A stretch of DNA of 64,000 nt from a virus. Its lineage: Duplodnaviria > Caudoviricetes. Made by a program: the position numbers and the translations under genes. Numbering within the stretch: the stretch's first letter is position 1; each line of letters begins with the position of its first letter. Location of the stretch: IMG/VR virus record IMGVR_UViG_3300010167_001484, positions 150,047-214,046 of that record. One strand, written 5' to 3'. Below the pieces are notes generated by a model. The model was not told the origin of the DNA. It saw only the letters and a program-made list of their open reading frames with translations, and did not search any database. Below are positions 19,971 to 31,855 of this stretch, in pieces.

Positions 19971-20411
19971 ATGGATATATCTTATTTAGGGATTACACAT
20001 CCCGAATTTCCTTGGTGTAGAGGCACGTTTGAGAATAGAAGTATTCCCGTTAGTGTAATAACAGAACTTAAACCTATTATTATGAACGGTAATATGACGC
20101 TAGATTCTACCTCTGTTAATGGCATTAAAATACCAGAAGATGGCATATATGCGTTTTATGTTAAAGCAGGTGGTCTTTCGATAAATAAATTTATCTTAGA
20201 GCGCACTGTGTATGGTGGAACTTATATAATGGGCGCTCAAGATGTAGTTATTAGAGATGATAATATGGCTGTACCGTCTTTATGCATTGTAAATCACTTT
20301 TCAAAAGGCGGATTATTTACTTATACTTATGCTTTAAATGTAGCCTCGACTACGATTACTTGGATGGACGCTGGTTATAATATGGCGTTCTTTTTTGGTA
20401 GAATAGCATAG
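19971..20411 (+). CDS. Stand-alone C1q/TNF-like receptor-binding subunit
   Basis: IKIPEDGIYAF motif; ends FFFGRI like its two upstream neighbours. Confidence 0.6.
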   Translation: MDISYLGITHPEFPWCRGTFENRSIPVSVITELKPIIMNGNMTLDSTSVNGIKIPEDGIYAFYVKAGGLSINKFILERTVYGGTYIMGAQDVVIRDDNMAVPSLCIVNHFSKGGLFTYTYALNVASTTITWMDAGYNMAFFFGRIA

Positions 20412-20471
20412 ATAAGATATGGGGTACAACCTTTTATATAGTTGTATATTACATTTAAGGGTGTGATGGTG

Positions 20472-21971
<1,500 letters not shown>

Positions 21972-21985
21972 TTGGAGGTAATTAT

Positions 21986-22408
21986 ATGAATAAGGCGTAT
22001 TTAGGTAACATTTCTACAGGATTACCTTATTGTTATGGAACATTTGTCAATAAAAGTATGGCAGCTAATGCATGGACAACTTTTGCTCCTAATATATTAG
22101 ATAGTAATTTTAATTTTGTAGTATCTGGCAATGATATAATTATTCCTAGTAAGGGGAGATGGAGTGTTAATGTATGGAGTATGAATCTTACTACAGCACC
22201 TGCAGCTAATTCTCAAAATGTTTATAGATGTGTTATGGGTATGAGATATCAATTACCGTTTTCTACTCCTAATCTTAGTTTAACACCTGATTTATATTTT
22301 GAACATGATGTTCCATCAGGAACTGTATTCAATTTTTCAGTATATCTACAAGCAGCTCAAACAGGCTTTTCACAGATACCGCAATTTATTCTTAAACGTA
22401 TTTTATAA
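21986..22408 (+). CDS. C1q/TNF-like receptor-binding subunit
   Basis: ATG after GGAGGT; MNKAYLG...LPY start and IIIPSKGRWSV motif parallel those of 19515 and 19971. Confidence 0.55.
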   Translation: MNKAYLGNISTGLPYCYGTFVNKSMAANAWTTFAPNILDSNFNFVVSGNDIIIPSKGRWSVNVWSMNLTTAPAANSQNVYRCVMGMRYQLPFSTPNLSLTPDLYFEHDVPSGTVFNFSVYLQAAQTGFSQIPQFILKRIL

Positions 22409-22413
22409 AGAAG

Positions 22414-22665
22414 GTGATTTTAATGAGAAAAGAGATAAGTTATTTTGATCCGCGTTGTCCTGAACTTGAAGTAGTAGATGGTCGTAATATTTTTGGAATA
22501 ATTGCTAATAGTCAAGAAGACTATGATAATATTATGGCGATTATTACTAATCCTGAACGAGAGATAACAAATATTGTTGAAGAAGATTTACCTCCAGCAG
22601 AGGGTTATACGGAAGAAGAAAAAGATGATTTTTTAACTAATGTTATGAAAGGGTTGGGATTATGA
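22414..22665 (+). CDS. Hypothetical protein (possible fibre chaperone)
   Basis: Short acidic ORF in the fibre operon. Confidence 0.45.
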   Translation: MILMRKEISYFDPRCPELEVVDGRNIFGIIANSQEDYDNIMAIITNPEREITNIVEEDLPPAEGYTEEEKDDFLTNVMKGLGL

Positions 22666-23117
22666 ATAAATACCAAGAAGCGGGATTTGGTATAGGTGAA
22701 GGTATGCGTATGGGTAGATATCATACGTCTGAAGGTAATGGTAGAATGTTATTACGTTTTCCTGCTACTGCATTTGATGAGTATGTACCTAATCCCAATA
22801 CAGAATATCCTGCTGGCTATGTATTGAAGATGTCTGATGATCCTGTTAGTAAATATATGTTTACACGTGATGGTAAACTTGATGTATCCCCATCCCAGAG
22901 TAATATGTGTAAGTTGTTTCGTAATGGTAATCGTTATCCATACGTTGAAGAAGAATTTCTTGAAAGTGGTTTTGAGCGCTATTGGGAGAATCCTAATAGG
23001 CCTGAAGAGGATGGGTGGTACAGAGTTAAACTAAGGAATGATGGAGAAGTAATGATTGTTTCTGATAAGACATCTCCACCTAATGCTCCAGATAGATGGG
23101 AGAAACTAGCTGAATAG
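22662..23117 (+). CDS. Hypothetical fibre-associated protein, possibly a carbohydrate-binding module
   Basis: C-terminal PPNAPDRWEKL resembles CBM5/12-like ends; overlaps the previous stop codon. Confidence 0.45.
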   Translation: MNKYQEAGFGIGEGMRMGRYHTSEGNGRMLLRFPATAFDEYVPNPNTEYPAGYVLKMSDDPVSKYMFTRDGKLDVSPSQSNMCKLFRNGNRYPYVEEEFLESGFERYWENPNRPEEDGWYRVKLRNDGEVMIVSDKTSPPNAPDRWEKLAE

Positions 23118-23126
23118 GAGTAAATT

Positions 23127-24746
23127 ATGGGTACTTATATCGGATCAGGTATTCTAAATATTGTTATGAATAATCTAAATATGTCTACAGATAATCATGA
23201 ATTTATTTGTGGTGAATTTACATATCCAGTTGAAGTAATAAATTATGATGACGATGTAGAATGGTCTACAAATCAAAATTTAGGTAATTCTACTGCAGAT
23301 GCAAGAATGTTGATTGTTATAGTTCAAGGTGATTTAGTAATAGATACAAATGTAATTATAATACCTCAAACACGTAAACGAGGTTTCTTGATATATGTAA
23401 CAGGTACACTCACTAATAACGGAACAATTAGTATGACTGCTAGGGGAGCTAGTGCACCTAATCAGATTGTATATTTATGGGCTCATAATAATAGAAATCT
23501 TGAATTAATTGAGGGATCTACACTAGGTGGAGTGAATAATGTTACTACAGCTCATAATGGTGTTGTTGGAGGACATGGTTCTAATAGAAGATGTGGCGGA
23601 GGAGGTTCAGGGGGAAGAAATGCAAATGGGAATGTACCAGGTACTACGGCTAAAGGAGGCAATTCTACATCTTATTCAGGTGGAACTGGTGGAGCAGGAT
23701 TATATGGAGCCGGAACTGTAGCATCTGATACAGGTGGAGTAGGTGGAAGTAGTACTGGAAGTGATGGTGGAGGCGCAGGTGGTGGAGGTGTAGGTAATCC
23801 TGGAGGTACAGGAGGTCTTCCTGCAGCAAATGGTGCAAATGGTACAGGAGGTCTATTAATAATTTATGCTAAAACTTTCATTAATGCTGGTTCTTTATTA
23901 TCCCAAGGTATAAGTAACAATACTTATACAAATGCTGCTGTTAGATGTGGAGGCTCTTCAGGTGGAGGTTCTATAAATCTATTTTATAGTGATATTATTT
24001 ATAATGTTGGAGTATGTAATGTGAATGGAGGACCTGCTGGAGCAACAGGTGCAGGAGTGAGTAATATTAGTGGTGCTGGAGGGAATGGATCTTTAACTAC
24101 AACTCAAATAGAACCTTATCTATTTGGAGATTTAGATTTTAGACGATTGCATGTTAGCGGTCGTTCATTAATTCATACTATCACTGAGAATCTATATCTA
24201 GTAACTACTGGAAATAGTTTCTTGAATTTCAATGGAGATTTAATTCATTCTGCAGAAACAATAGTATATGAAGGTAACCATGTATGGAGTGAAGATAAAT
24301 TATTAGGTCAAAACATATCAGATCATAGAATGTTAATAGTTATAGTTAAAGGCAATCTAAGAATAGATCCAGGAGTAACTATAAAATCTACAGCTACAAG
24401 AAGAGCATTTTTATTATTTGTATTAGGTAATTTAGAAAATTATGGTACCATTAATATGACTACTAGTGGTCAGATATTGGGTGGAATTATCAAAGTATTT
24501 CAAAATAATAATGAATCTTATGAAACTGTCGGATTAGCTCAGAAGAATGGAATAGCTCTAATAAGTACGGTTCGATTGATAAATAAAGGTGACATCTATA
24601 TGAAAGGTGATACACTTCAATTATATTATCAAGGATTATTAGAATTAGGTACTACAGAATTTAGAAAAATAGATGGTAATAAAAATAGTTTAATGGCGAA
24701 TAGAATAGTAGATGCAGATGAGGTTGAAACGCGAACATTTGTGTAG
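23127..24746 (+). CDS. Glycine-rich virion/fibre protein, paralog A
   Basis: GGxGG-rich core; duplicated RMLIVIV.G.L.I...GT(I)xM domain; closely paralogous to the next gene. Confidence 0.7.
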   Translation: MGTYIGSGILNIVMNNLNMSTDNHEFICGEFTYPVEVINYDDDVEWSTNQNLGNSTADARMLIVIVQGDLVIDTNVIIIPQTRKRGFLIYVTGTLTNNGTISMTARGASAPNQIVYLWAHNNRNLELIEGSTLGGVNNVTTAHNGVVGGHGSNRRCGGGGSGGRNANGNVPGTTAKGGNSTSYSGGTGGAGLYGAGTVASDTGGVGGSSTGSDGGGAGGGGVGNPGGTGGLPAANGANGTGGLLIIYAKTFINAGSLLSQGISNNTYTNAAVRCGGSSGGGSINLFYSDIIYNVGVCNVNGGPAGATGAGVSNISGAGGNGSLTTTQIEPYLFGDLDFRRLHVSGRSLIHTITENLYLVTTGNSFLNFNGDLIHSAETIVYEGNHVWSEDKLLGQNISDHRMLIVIVKGNLRIDPGVTIKSTATRRAFLLFVLGNLENYGTINMTTSGQILGGIIKVFQNNNESYETVGLAQKNGIALISTVRLINKGDIYMKGDTLQLYYQGLLELGTTEFRKIDGNKNSLMANRIVDADEVETRTFV

Positions 24747-24757
24747 GAGTTTGAGAT

Positions 24758-26392
24758 ATGTCAAAGTATTATGAATCAAGCATAATAAATATTGTTATGA
24801 GTAATATAGATATGCCCAACGGTGACCATGAATTTATTTGTGGAGAATTCACATATCCTGTTGAAGTGCTTAGTTATGATGGTGATGAAGATGGTAATGT
24901 TGTATGGTCATCTAATCAAAATCTTGGTAGTGCTATAGCAGATGCTAGAATGCTAGTAGTTATTGTACGAGGTAGTCTTATAATAAATACAGGAGTGACA
25001 GTTACACCTCAAACACGTAAGAGAGGGTTCTTATTATATGTGACAGATGTTCTGACAAATAGTGGAACAATCAGTATGACAGCTAGGGGAGCTAGTGCAC
25101 CTAATCAACCTGTTTGGTTATGGTCTCATGAAAATAGAGAAATTGAGATTATAAATGGAATATCTCTTGGAGGTGTGCATCCAAATACTGCTAATAATAC
25201 ACCAGGTGTTAGCGGTCAAGTAGGTTTGAATCGTAAATTAGGTGGAGGCGGTTCAGGAGGACGAAGTAGTAACGTCACAGGTCGTGGAGGTAATTCTACA
25301 TCTTATTCTGGAGGTCCTGGAGGGGGCGGCGGTCATGCCGGAACCGCTACTCAAGGTTCAGATACAGGTGGACCTGGTGGTAATGGATCAGGTAGTGATG
25401 GTGCAGGAACTAGTGGAGGTGGAGCAGGTAATCCTGGGGGAAGTGGTCCAGGAGGAGCTGGGAGTGCTGGAACAGGAGGATTACTTATTATAGCTTGTGA
25501 TGAATTCTATAACATTGGTACAATATCATCTAATGGTTCTAATGGTGCTAATACTTTCTGGTATAGTAATCCAGGAGGAGCTGCTGGTGGAGGTTCCGGT
25601 GGAGGTTCTATCAATATATTCTATATTAAAACCTTTCAACAATATGGTACAATATTGGCAAACGGAGGCCTTGGAGGTAATGCTCTTACAACATCAAATT
25701 CAAGAGGTGGAAATGGTGGAAATGGCTCTATAACACATACTCAGATCGATCCTTATAAATTTTCTACCTTTGAATATAATCGTAGATTTCTTGAAGGAAG
25801 GAGTTTACTTCAAACTATAACAGAAAATTTAAATAAGTTATTAACAGGAAATAGCTTTCTTGATTTCAATGAAGATGTTATATATTCTGCAGAAACTGTT
25901 GTGTATGAAGGAAACTATACATGGGATAATGATAAACTATTTGGAGAAGTACAACCTCAAGGAGTAGATCATAGAATATTAATTGTTTTAATTAAAGGTA
26001 ATTTGAAGATAAATGAAGGTGTGACAATATCAGCAAGAGATTCACGAAGAGCATTCATGTTGGTTGTATTAGGAACATTAGAAAATTATGGAACAATCAA
26101 TATGAAAACAACTGGTTCAATTTTAGGTGGAGATGTTAGAGTATTTCAGAATAATAATAAATCTTATGAAACAATATCAACTGTACAGAAGAATGGAATA
26201 GTTATTATTAGTACGGTACGTTTAATCAATGAAGGGAATCTTATTTTACAGGGAGATTCTATTAATTTATATTATCAAGGTCTTATGAAGTTAGGTAATC
26301 GTGTACTTAAAAAACAAGATGGTTCACCAAATGCGCTAATAGCTCATAGAATAATAGATGCAGATAGAGTAGATAAACTAACATTTGGCTAA
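24758..26392 (+). CDS. Glycine-rich virion/fibre protein, paralog B
   Basis: Same architecture as 23127..24746 (HEFICGEFTYPVEV, GTISMTARGASAPNQ). Confidence 0.7.
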   Translation: MSKYYESSIINIVMSNIDMPNGDHEFICGEFTYPVEVLSYDGDEDGNVVWSSNQNLGSAIADARMLVVIVRGSLIINTGVTVTPQTRKRGFLLYVTDVLTNSGTISMTARGASAPNQPVWLWSHENREIEIINGISLGGVHPNTANNTPGVSGQVGLNRKLGGGGSGGRSSNVTGRGGNSTSYSGGPGGGGGHAGTATQGSDTGGPGGNGSGSDGAGTSGGGAGNPGGSGPGGAGSAGTGGLLIIACDEFYNIGTISSNGSNGANTFWYSNPGGAAGGGSGGGSINIFYIKTFQQYGTILANGGLGGNALTTSNSRGGNGGNGSITHTQIDPYKFSTFEYNRRFLEGRSLLQTITENLNKLLTGNSFLDFNEDVIYSAETVVYEGNYTWDNDKLFGEVQPQGVDHRILIVLIKGNLKINEGVTISARDSRRAFMLVVLGTLENYGTINMKTTGSILGGDVRVFQNNNKSYETISTVQKNGIVIISTVRLINEGNLILQGDSINLYYQGLMKLGNRVLKKQDGSPNALIAHRIIDADRVDKLTFG

Positions 26393-26409
26393 AATCAATT
26401 TATATATTG

Positions 26410-26439
26410 TAGAGTCGCATATGTGGCTCTATTTTTATT
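26410..26439 (+). terminator. Intrinsic terminator ending the fibre operon
   Basis: TAGAGTCGCAT / ATGTGGCTCTA followed by TTTTTATT. Confidence 0.75.
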
Positions 26440-26447
26440 GTTAAAAA

Positions 26448-26457
26448 TTTCGTTATA
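26448..26457 (+). promoter_or_regulatory. Phage-specific promoter-like motif, class A (TTTCGTTATA); representative copy
   Basis: Copies at 1752, 26448, 30513, 45278, 45793, 47445, 49130, 53760 (variant), 57182 and 61521, each shortly upstream of a gene or RNA start. Confidence 0.75.
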
Positions 26458-26495
26458 TATAATATAATCAAAATAATCAAAAAGGAGTATGTATA

Positions 26496-27032
26496 ATGAG
26501 AAAGACTTCAAGTATAAATCAATTTCCATATAAACATACATCTATATGTTACATAGAAGTATTCAAAGATGGTAAAATTGAAAATCCGTTACATGCAAAT
26601 GAATGTGATCGTCACCAGTTGAAAGAAGCTTATGAAAGGGCAAAGTCTAAAGAAACTAAGTTATATTGTACATACTTGGGTACATATGCAGGCCATTTAT
26701 TTATTGTAGATGATTTAGATTCTCTTGCTAATGCATTCAAATTTAAAGAAGAATCAGAAAGAATTGAAGAAGCTTTATTACCTCAAGGTCGTAAAACATA
26801 TATTTCTAAGAATGAATTAATTCAAGGAGATACATATGATGTTAAAATTGTAACCTGTAATAGAGTTAATTCTTTAGATAATCTAAATATTGTTACCAGG
26901 ACATTCAGTAAATTTGAGGATGCTAAAGCTTACGTAGAGTTGAGATCGTCAAAAGTATCTGATAAATATTGGGTAGATGGTATGGTAAATTCTAAAACAA
27001 CTGGAGAGATCTGGTTTAGTATATCAAGATAG
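26496..27032 (+). CDS. Hypothetical protein; C-terminal domain paralogous to 27077..27493
   Basis: Shared Y(D/E)V(K/R)IVTC.RV...F..F.DA..Y...Y(W/Y)V.G pattern. Confidence 0.65.
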   Translation: MRKTSSINQFPYKHTSICYIEVFKDGKIENPLHANECDRHQLKEAYERAKSKETKLYCTYLGTYAGHLFIVDDLDSLANAFKFKEESERIEEALLPQGRKTYISKNELIQGDTYDVKIVTCNRVNSLDNLNIVTRTFSKFEDAKAYVELRSSKVSDKYWVDGMVNSKTTGEIWFSISR

Positions 27033-27076
27033 TAATCAAATTAATATCAAATTAATATCAATAGGAGGGCATATCA

Positions 27077-27493
27077 ATGAAATTCGAAGTAATAGGACCT
27101 AAAGGTAAAGTGAAGTTAATAACATGGGATGCAAATTGTGTTTATGATTTCCTTACATTAAAAAGAAAGGAAGCTCTTGGTTATACTTTTCGTCTTAATA
27201 AAAAAGTAGCAACCGCTGATATTGTGAATAACTATCTAAGACCTAAGTCTATCACTAAATTCGGTAAGGTAGATACAAGAGATATTTATGAAGTTAGGAT
27301 TGTAACTTGCACACGTGTTCGAAATATCCAGAGCGGTATATCTGAATCTGTTAAGGTTTTTGATACTTTCATCGATGCAGAATATTATCTTAAACAGAAG
27401 GTAGCCAAGATTGATAAAAACTATTATGTCAGTGGTGTTATCACATTGTTTAAGAAGGGTGAAGTAGCTTTAGAAATAGCTAGAGAGTGGTGA
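27077..27493 (+). CDS. Hypothetical protein, paralog of 26496..27032
   Basis: AGGAGG RBS; shared C-terminal domain. Confidence 0.65.
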   Translation: MKFEVIGPKGKVKLITWDANCVYDFLTLKRKEALGYTFRLNKKVATADIVNNYLRPKSITKFGKVDTRDIYEVRIVTCTRVRNIQSGISESVKVFDTFIDAEYYLKQKVAKIDKNYYVSGVITLFKKGEVALEIAREW

Positions 27494-27500
27494 GAGTCTA

Positions 27501-27656
27501 ATGTATTGTTCAAATTGTAAGGAAGTAGTGAAACCTAACGGACATTTAAGAAGTGGTATGCTATACTACACTTGTCCTCATTGTGGAGATATATTGACAG
27601 ATGTCAATAAAGTAGAGAAAATAGAAGATAATTCGGAGGTGAAAATTAGTTGTTAA
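27501..27656 (+). CDS. Small zinc-ribbon protein (51 aa, not in the ORF track)
   Basis: Read by hand: MYCSNCKE...YTCPHCGD. Confidence 0.55.
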   Translation: MYCSNCKEVVKPNGHLRSGMLYYTCPHCGDILTDVNKVEKIEDNSEVKISC

Positions 27657-30325
27657 ATATTATCCAAGAAGGTAAGTTATATAAGATTTCGTTCAAGTAT
27701 GACCCTCAGATAGTTTATTTTGTAAAAAATGTTCCAGGTAGAAGGTATAGTTCAAATCCCAAATCTTGGACAATTCCTATGGAGAACCTAGGTTTCTTCT
27801 TAAATGAGATCAAGGGTACAGAATATGAGAAGATAGTTAATATACAGTCTACAGAAGACCTCAATGTGAATCCAAAAATCGATACAACACATGTGATACC
27901 GAATATTGATATATCTAATGTGAATTTCAAGGTTAAAGAAGGTGCTACACCATTTGCACATCAATTAGATTTCATGAAATTTGCTATTCATAGATATAAT
28001 AAGGGTAATCATAATGGTTTCATACTCACTGACGAAATGGGGTGTGTTTCTGGGGATGCTGTTATATCTTTTAAAAAAGGGGGAGCTTCAAGTAAACTAT
28101 CGTTAAGGCAGTTTTATAATAGATATTATGGACCTAATATATCAGATAGTGTTGTATCTAGCCTTATAGAGGTTAGATGTTTAGACGAAATTTCTAAGTT
28201 ATTCCGGCATCGTACATGTGAAAATGTAATATATAGTGGCATCAAATCTGTGATTAGATTATCTTTAGATGATGGTAAGATTGTTGATTTAACTCCTGAT
28301 CATTTAGTACGTATAACTATAGAGGGAGATTATAAGGAGGCAGGTGAATTAGTTGTTGGTGACGAAGTAGTGATTAATGGGGAACCTGTATGTAGAAGGT
28401 GTGGTTCTAATGAAGATATGGTTGTGAGAACGGATGCTAAATTCTATGGTTATTGTCGAAGGTGTATGTATACTCTACGTGAGGGTACACGCCATAAACA
28501 TGGTGGAGGAATACATAGACGAATTGATTATGATGGTTATGTATTACTTAGTGGTCCAGAACTTAGAGATCATCCAAATTACAACTATCTTTGTGGTGTA
28601 CTGGAACATCATTATGTTATGTCTAAACATATTGGAAGAGGGATCAATACACCTTATGAAGTAGTTCATCATAAAGATCGAAATAAAACTAATAATGATA
28701 TAACTAATCTAGAATTGCTAACTACAGATAAACATTGGTTGGAACATTGTAATTCTGTTGATTATATAGGTAAGGGTGGACTAGTTGTAATGCGCCCAAA
28801 ATACGCTAAGATTATAGCTATTGAAGATGCCGGTAGTATTGATACCTATGATATACAGATGGAAGCTCCTCATCATAATTTTATAGCTAATGGGGTAGTT
28901 GTACATAATTGTGGTAAAACTGTTGAAGTTATGAATCTTGCTTTATATAGACGAGAGCATCAGAATTATAAACATTGTTTAGTTATTGTTTGTATAAATG
29001 GTGCTAAATATAACTGGGTAGAAGATATATTCTTACATACTAATGGTGAAGAATTACCTTATATCCTTGGTACAAGAATTAAACGCGATGGTAGATTAAA
29101 TCATGATGCAGGAAGTAAAGCTAAACTTGAAGATCTAAAATCTGGTTATTGTTATGGTAAAGAAGATATTAAATTACCTTATTTTCTTGTTATGAATATT
29201 GAAGCAATTAGGATGAAATCTGCGAGAAAAATGCCTATAATGGAAGAAATTATAAGATTGTGTAGATGTGGATACATTAATATGATTGCAATAGACGAAA
29301 TCCATCTTAATATGTCCCCTACTTCATTACAAGGTAAAACCATTCTTAAGATTAAACAACAAACATCTAATTTAGTTGAATGGCTACCTATGACAGGTAC
29401 ACCTATAATAAATAGACCTACAGATGTATTTACACCTCTTAAACTTGTTGGAGGACATGAATTCAGTAATTATTGGGTTTGGAATCAACATTTTGTAGTT
29501 TATGGAGGATTTCAAGGTCATGATATACTTGGATATAAGAATATCCCTCAATTAAAAACTATGCTTCAAACGAATATGCTTCGTAGATTAAAAAGAGATG
29601 TTTTAGATCTTCCTCCTAAGATATATTTTACAGAATATGTAGAGAATACATCTTATCAAAGAAGGTTATATCAAGATATTCAAATTGAACTTAAACAGAA
29701 GAAGGATGAAATAATAAATCAGATGAATCCTCTAGTTGCACTTCTTAGATTACGTCAAGTTAACGGTGCACCTGAATTAGTGGATGATAAACTGGTTATA
29801 GATAAAGATTATTTGAAGAAAAATGCTAAGATTTTAAGAATTCTGGAGATTTTAGCTGATATTCATGAGCGAGGAGAAAAGGTCATCATATATAGCAATT
29901 GGATTGAACCTCTCAAGACTCTCTATAGATTTATTTCTAAAAAATATAAAGTATGTTGTTACACAGGTACAATGAAGAGTTCTGAACGTGAACAGCATAA
30001 ACAAACATTCATTAATAATCCAGAATATACAATCATGATTGGTACAATCGGTGCTTTAGGTACAAGTCATACATTAACTGTAGCAAGAAATGTTATATTC
30101 TTCGATGAATGTTGGACACCTGCTCAGAAGATTCAGGCTGAAGATCGTATCCATCGCCCCGGCACAACACATAGTGTGAACATACATACAATTATAACAA
30201 AAGATACAATTGATGAAGTAGTTCATAATATATTAGCTGATAAGAAGGTGATGGCAGATTATATTGTAGATGGTAGTCTAAATCTTCGCCATAATTCTCA
30301 ATTGTTTGATAGATTGTTGATGTGA
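27650..30325 (+). CDS. SNF2-family helicase with an N-terminal HARP-like domain, interrupted by an intein
   Basis: DEMG/CGKT Walker A split by the intein; DEIH, MTGTP and QAEDRIHRPG motifs; N-terminal FKYDP...VPGRRY...W. Confidence 0.92.
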   Translation: MLNIIQEGKLYKISFKYDPQIVYFVKNVPGRRYSSNPKSWTIPMENLGFFLNEIKGTEYEKIVNIQSTEDLNVNPKIDTTHVIPNIDISNVNFKVKEGATPFAHQLDFMKFAIHRYNKGNHNGFILTDEMGCVSGDAVISFKKGGASSKLSLRQFYNRYYGPNISDSVVSSLIEVRCLDEISKLFRHRTCENVIYSGIKSVIRLSLDDGKIVDLTPDHLVRITIEGDYKEAGELVVGDEVVINGEPVCRRCGSNEDMVVRTDAKFYGYCRRCMYTLREGTRHKHGGGIHRRIDYDGYVLLSGPELRDHPNYNYLCGVLEHHYVMSKHIGRGINTPYEVVHHKDRNKTNNDITNLELLTTDKHWLEHCNSVDYIGKGGLVVMRPKYAKIIAIEDAGSIDTYDIQMEAPHHNFIANGVVVHNCGKTVEVMNLALYRREHQNYKHCLVIVCINGAKYNWVEDIFLHTNGEELPYILGTRIKRDGRLNHDAGSKAKLEDLKSGYCYGKEDIKLPYFLVMNIEAIRMKSARKMPIMEEIIRLCRCGYINMIAIDEIHLNMSPTSLQGKTILKIKQQTSNLVEWLPMTGTPIINRPTDVFTPLKLVGGHEFSNYWVWNQHFVVYGGFQGHDILGYKNIPQLKTMLQTNMLRRLKRDVLDLPPKIYFTEYVENTSYQRRLYQDIQIELKQKKDEIINQMNPLVALLRLRQVNGAPELVDDKLVIDKDYLKKNAKILRILEILADIHERGEKVIIYSNWIEPLKTLYRFISKKYKVCCYTGTMKSSEREQHKQTFINNPEYTIMIGTIGALGTSHTLTVARNVIFFDECWTPAQKIQAEDRIHRPGTTHSVNIHTIITKDTIDEVVHNILADKKVMADYIVDGSLNLRHNSQLFDRLLM
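28043..28909 (+). mobile_element. Intein (289 aa) with an HNH homing endonuclease
   Basis: Starts CVSGDA, has block B LTPDH, ends HNFIANGVVVHN followed by Cys; internal VVHHKDRNKTNNDITNL is an HNH motif. Confidence 0.93.
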
Positions 30326-30345
30326 TTAAACCTTTAATATATTGT

Positions 30346-30498
30346 ATGGATAAAAATCAAGTATTCAAAGGTAAGGATCTGATGCATTGGGCATGGATTG
30401 TATTGATATCAATAGGAAGTTTTATATTATTAATAATTATAGCTTGGTTTGTAATGGGATGTATATTTGCTTATCTAAGAGGTAAATATGGAGAGTAA
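30346..30498 (+). CDS. Small membrane protein (50 aa, not in the ORF track)
   Basis: Read by hand: MDKNQ...WAWIVLISIGSFILLIIIAWFVMG. Confidence 0.4.
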   Translation: MDKNQVFKGKDLMHWAWIVLISIGSFILLIIIAWFVMGCIFAYLRGKYGE

Positions 30499-30598
30499 AA
30501 ATATGTATTAAATTCGTTATAGTATATTGTCATACTTAATTGTATGTGGATTGAAATTAGTATATAAAATTATGCTATATAAGAAGGAGTAAATTAAG

Positions 30599-31450
30599 AT
30601 GAAAATATTAGTCAGTTCAGCAAGAAAAGATGATCTTATTAAACAAAGAGACCAATGGGAATCTGATAATGCTGCCCAGAAATCTAAATATGAAGCACAA
30701 AGTAAACAATTCTATGAAAAACAACAAGAAGTATTTGATGATATAAAAAATCAAGTACTTGGATATTTATCTGAGTGTAAGATAGATATTGTTGTTAATA
30801 TCATGCAGGCACTTTCATTTCAAGGTGGGGGTATAGAAGTTAGAGTCGAATCTAATGAACGCAACGTGCACGGTAAAGATAAAGCACTCAGTTGGAATTG
30901 GAGGGTTTCTTTAGATAGTGGAGGTGAGGTTGTTAAGGAAACATCATCTTGGTCAGGTTTACAAGCTACTACTCCTGCTCAACTTGATTCATTGAGAGAA
31001 ACTGTAAAAGCTTTAGAAATATTGAATGATATTGATTGGTCACATATGTTAAATGTAACTCTTCCTGATTATCGTGAATACGTGACTGAACCGTCTAGTA
31101 TTGGTCAACGTCCTAAATTTGAATCAGATATTCTTGATGAAGAATTGAAGGCTCTGATTGGTACTAATACACTAGTTAAGGGTATGTATAAGCCTGATGG
31201 TGATAGACATTCACGAGGTATGAATAAAAATTACTATCAATATTATCTGATATTGAAGGATTCTGGTAGTCAATATACAATAGCTGACGTATCTCGAGAT
31301 CAAGTTGAAAATGAGGAGTATCGTAGAGGTAAGACTCTTGCTGAACTTGTTGAAAGTGCTAAAAAGTATTCAAATAGAATCAGAAAAGATACATTCCAAC
31401 AGATGTTATTCAAACCTCTTGAAACTGTTGATGTTGGTGGTGTTGAATAA
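30599..31450 (+). CDS. Leader-bearing protein (MKILVSS); candidate internal head protein
   Basis: AGGAG RBS; first gene of the leader array. Confidence 0.65.
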   Translation: MKILVSSARKDDLIKQRDQWESDNAAQKSKYEAQSKQFYEKQQEVFDDIKNQVLGYLSECKIDIVVNIMQALSFQGGGIEVRVESNERNVHGKDKALSWNWRVSLDSGGEVVKETSSWSGLQATTPAQLDSLRETVKALEILNDIDWSHMLNVTLPDYREYVTEPSSIGQRPKFESDILDEELKALIGTNTLVKGMYKPDGDRHSRGMNKNYYQYYLILKDSGSQYTIADVSRDQVENEEYRRGKTLAELVESAKKYSNRIRKDTFQQMLFKPLETVDVGGVE

Positions 31451-31462
31451 AGGAGATATATA

Positions 31463-31828
31463 ATGAAGAGATTAATCAAAGCTGCAGATAATAATGATGT
31501 AATACTTTCATCTGAATATTTTGATTTAGTGTCTAGATCAGGTACAGGTATGGGTAATGTACCTTGGAGTAGTTATGAAATTTATTCTAAAGGTCTAGCT
31601 GAAGATTTGATAGTTAGAATTGATTTAAATAATCAAAATATTGATTTCAATAGTTGGAAAGAAGGTGAACCTCCTTTAAAATATATACCATATAGTATAT
31701 GTATTAATTGGGGATTTTCTTCTCAAGGTGATCCTGATGTAATTGGGATGATAACAGTACTTCAAGAAGCCATGAAATTTGGTAATGAAGTTGCTGAGCA
31801 TTTTGGTATTAAAACTATTAATTTTTAA
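31463..31828 (+). CDS. Leader-bearing protein (MKRLIKA)
   Basis: AGGAG RBS; leader motif. Confidence 0.7.
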   Translation: MKRLIKAADNNDVILSSEYFDLVSRSGTGMGNVPWSSYEIYSKGLAEDLIVRIDLNNQNIDFNSWKEGEPPLKYIPYSICINWGFSSQGDPDVIGMITVLQEAMKFGNEVAEHFGIKTINF

Positions 31829-31855
31829 TCAATTTAGAAGAAGGATAGATGTATC

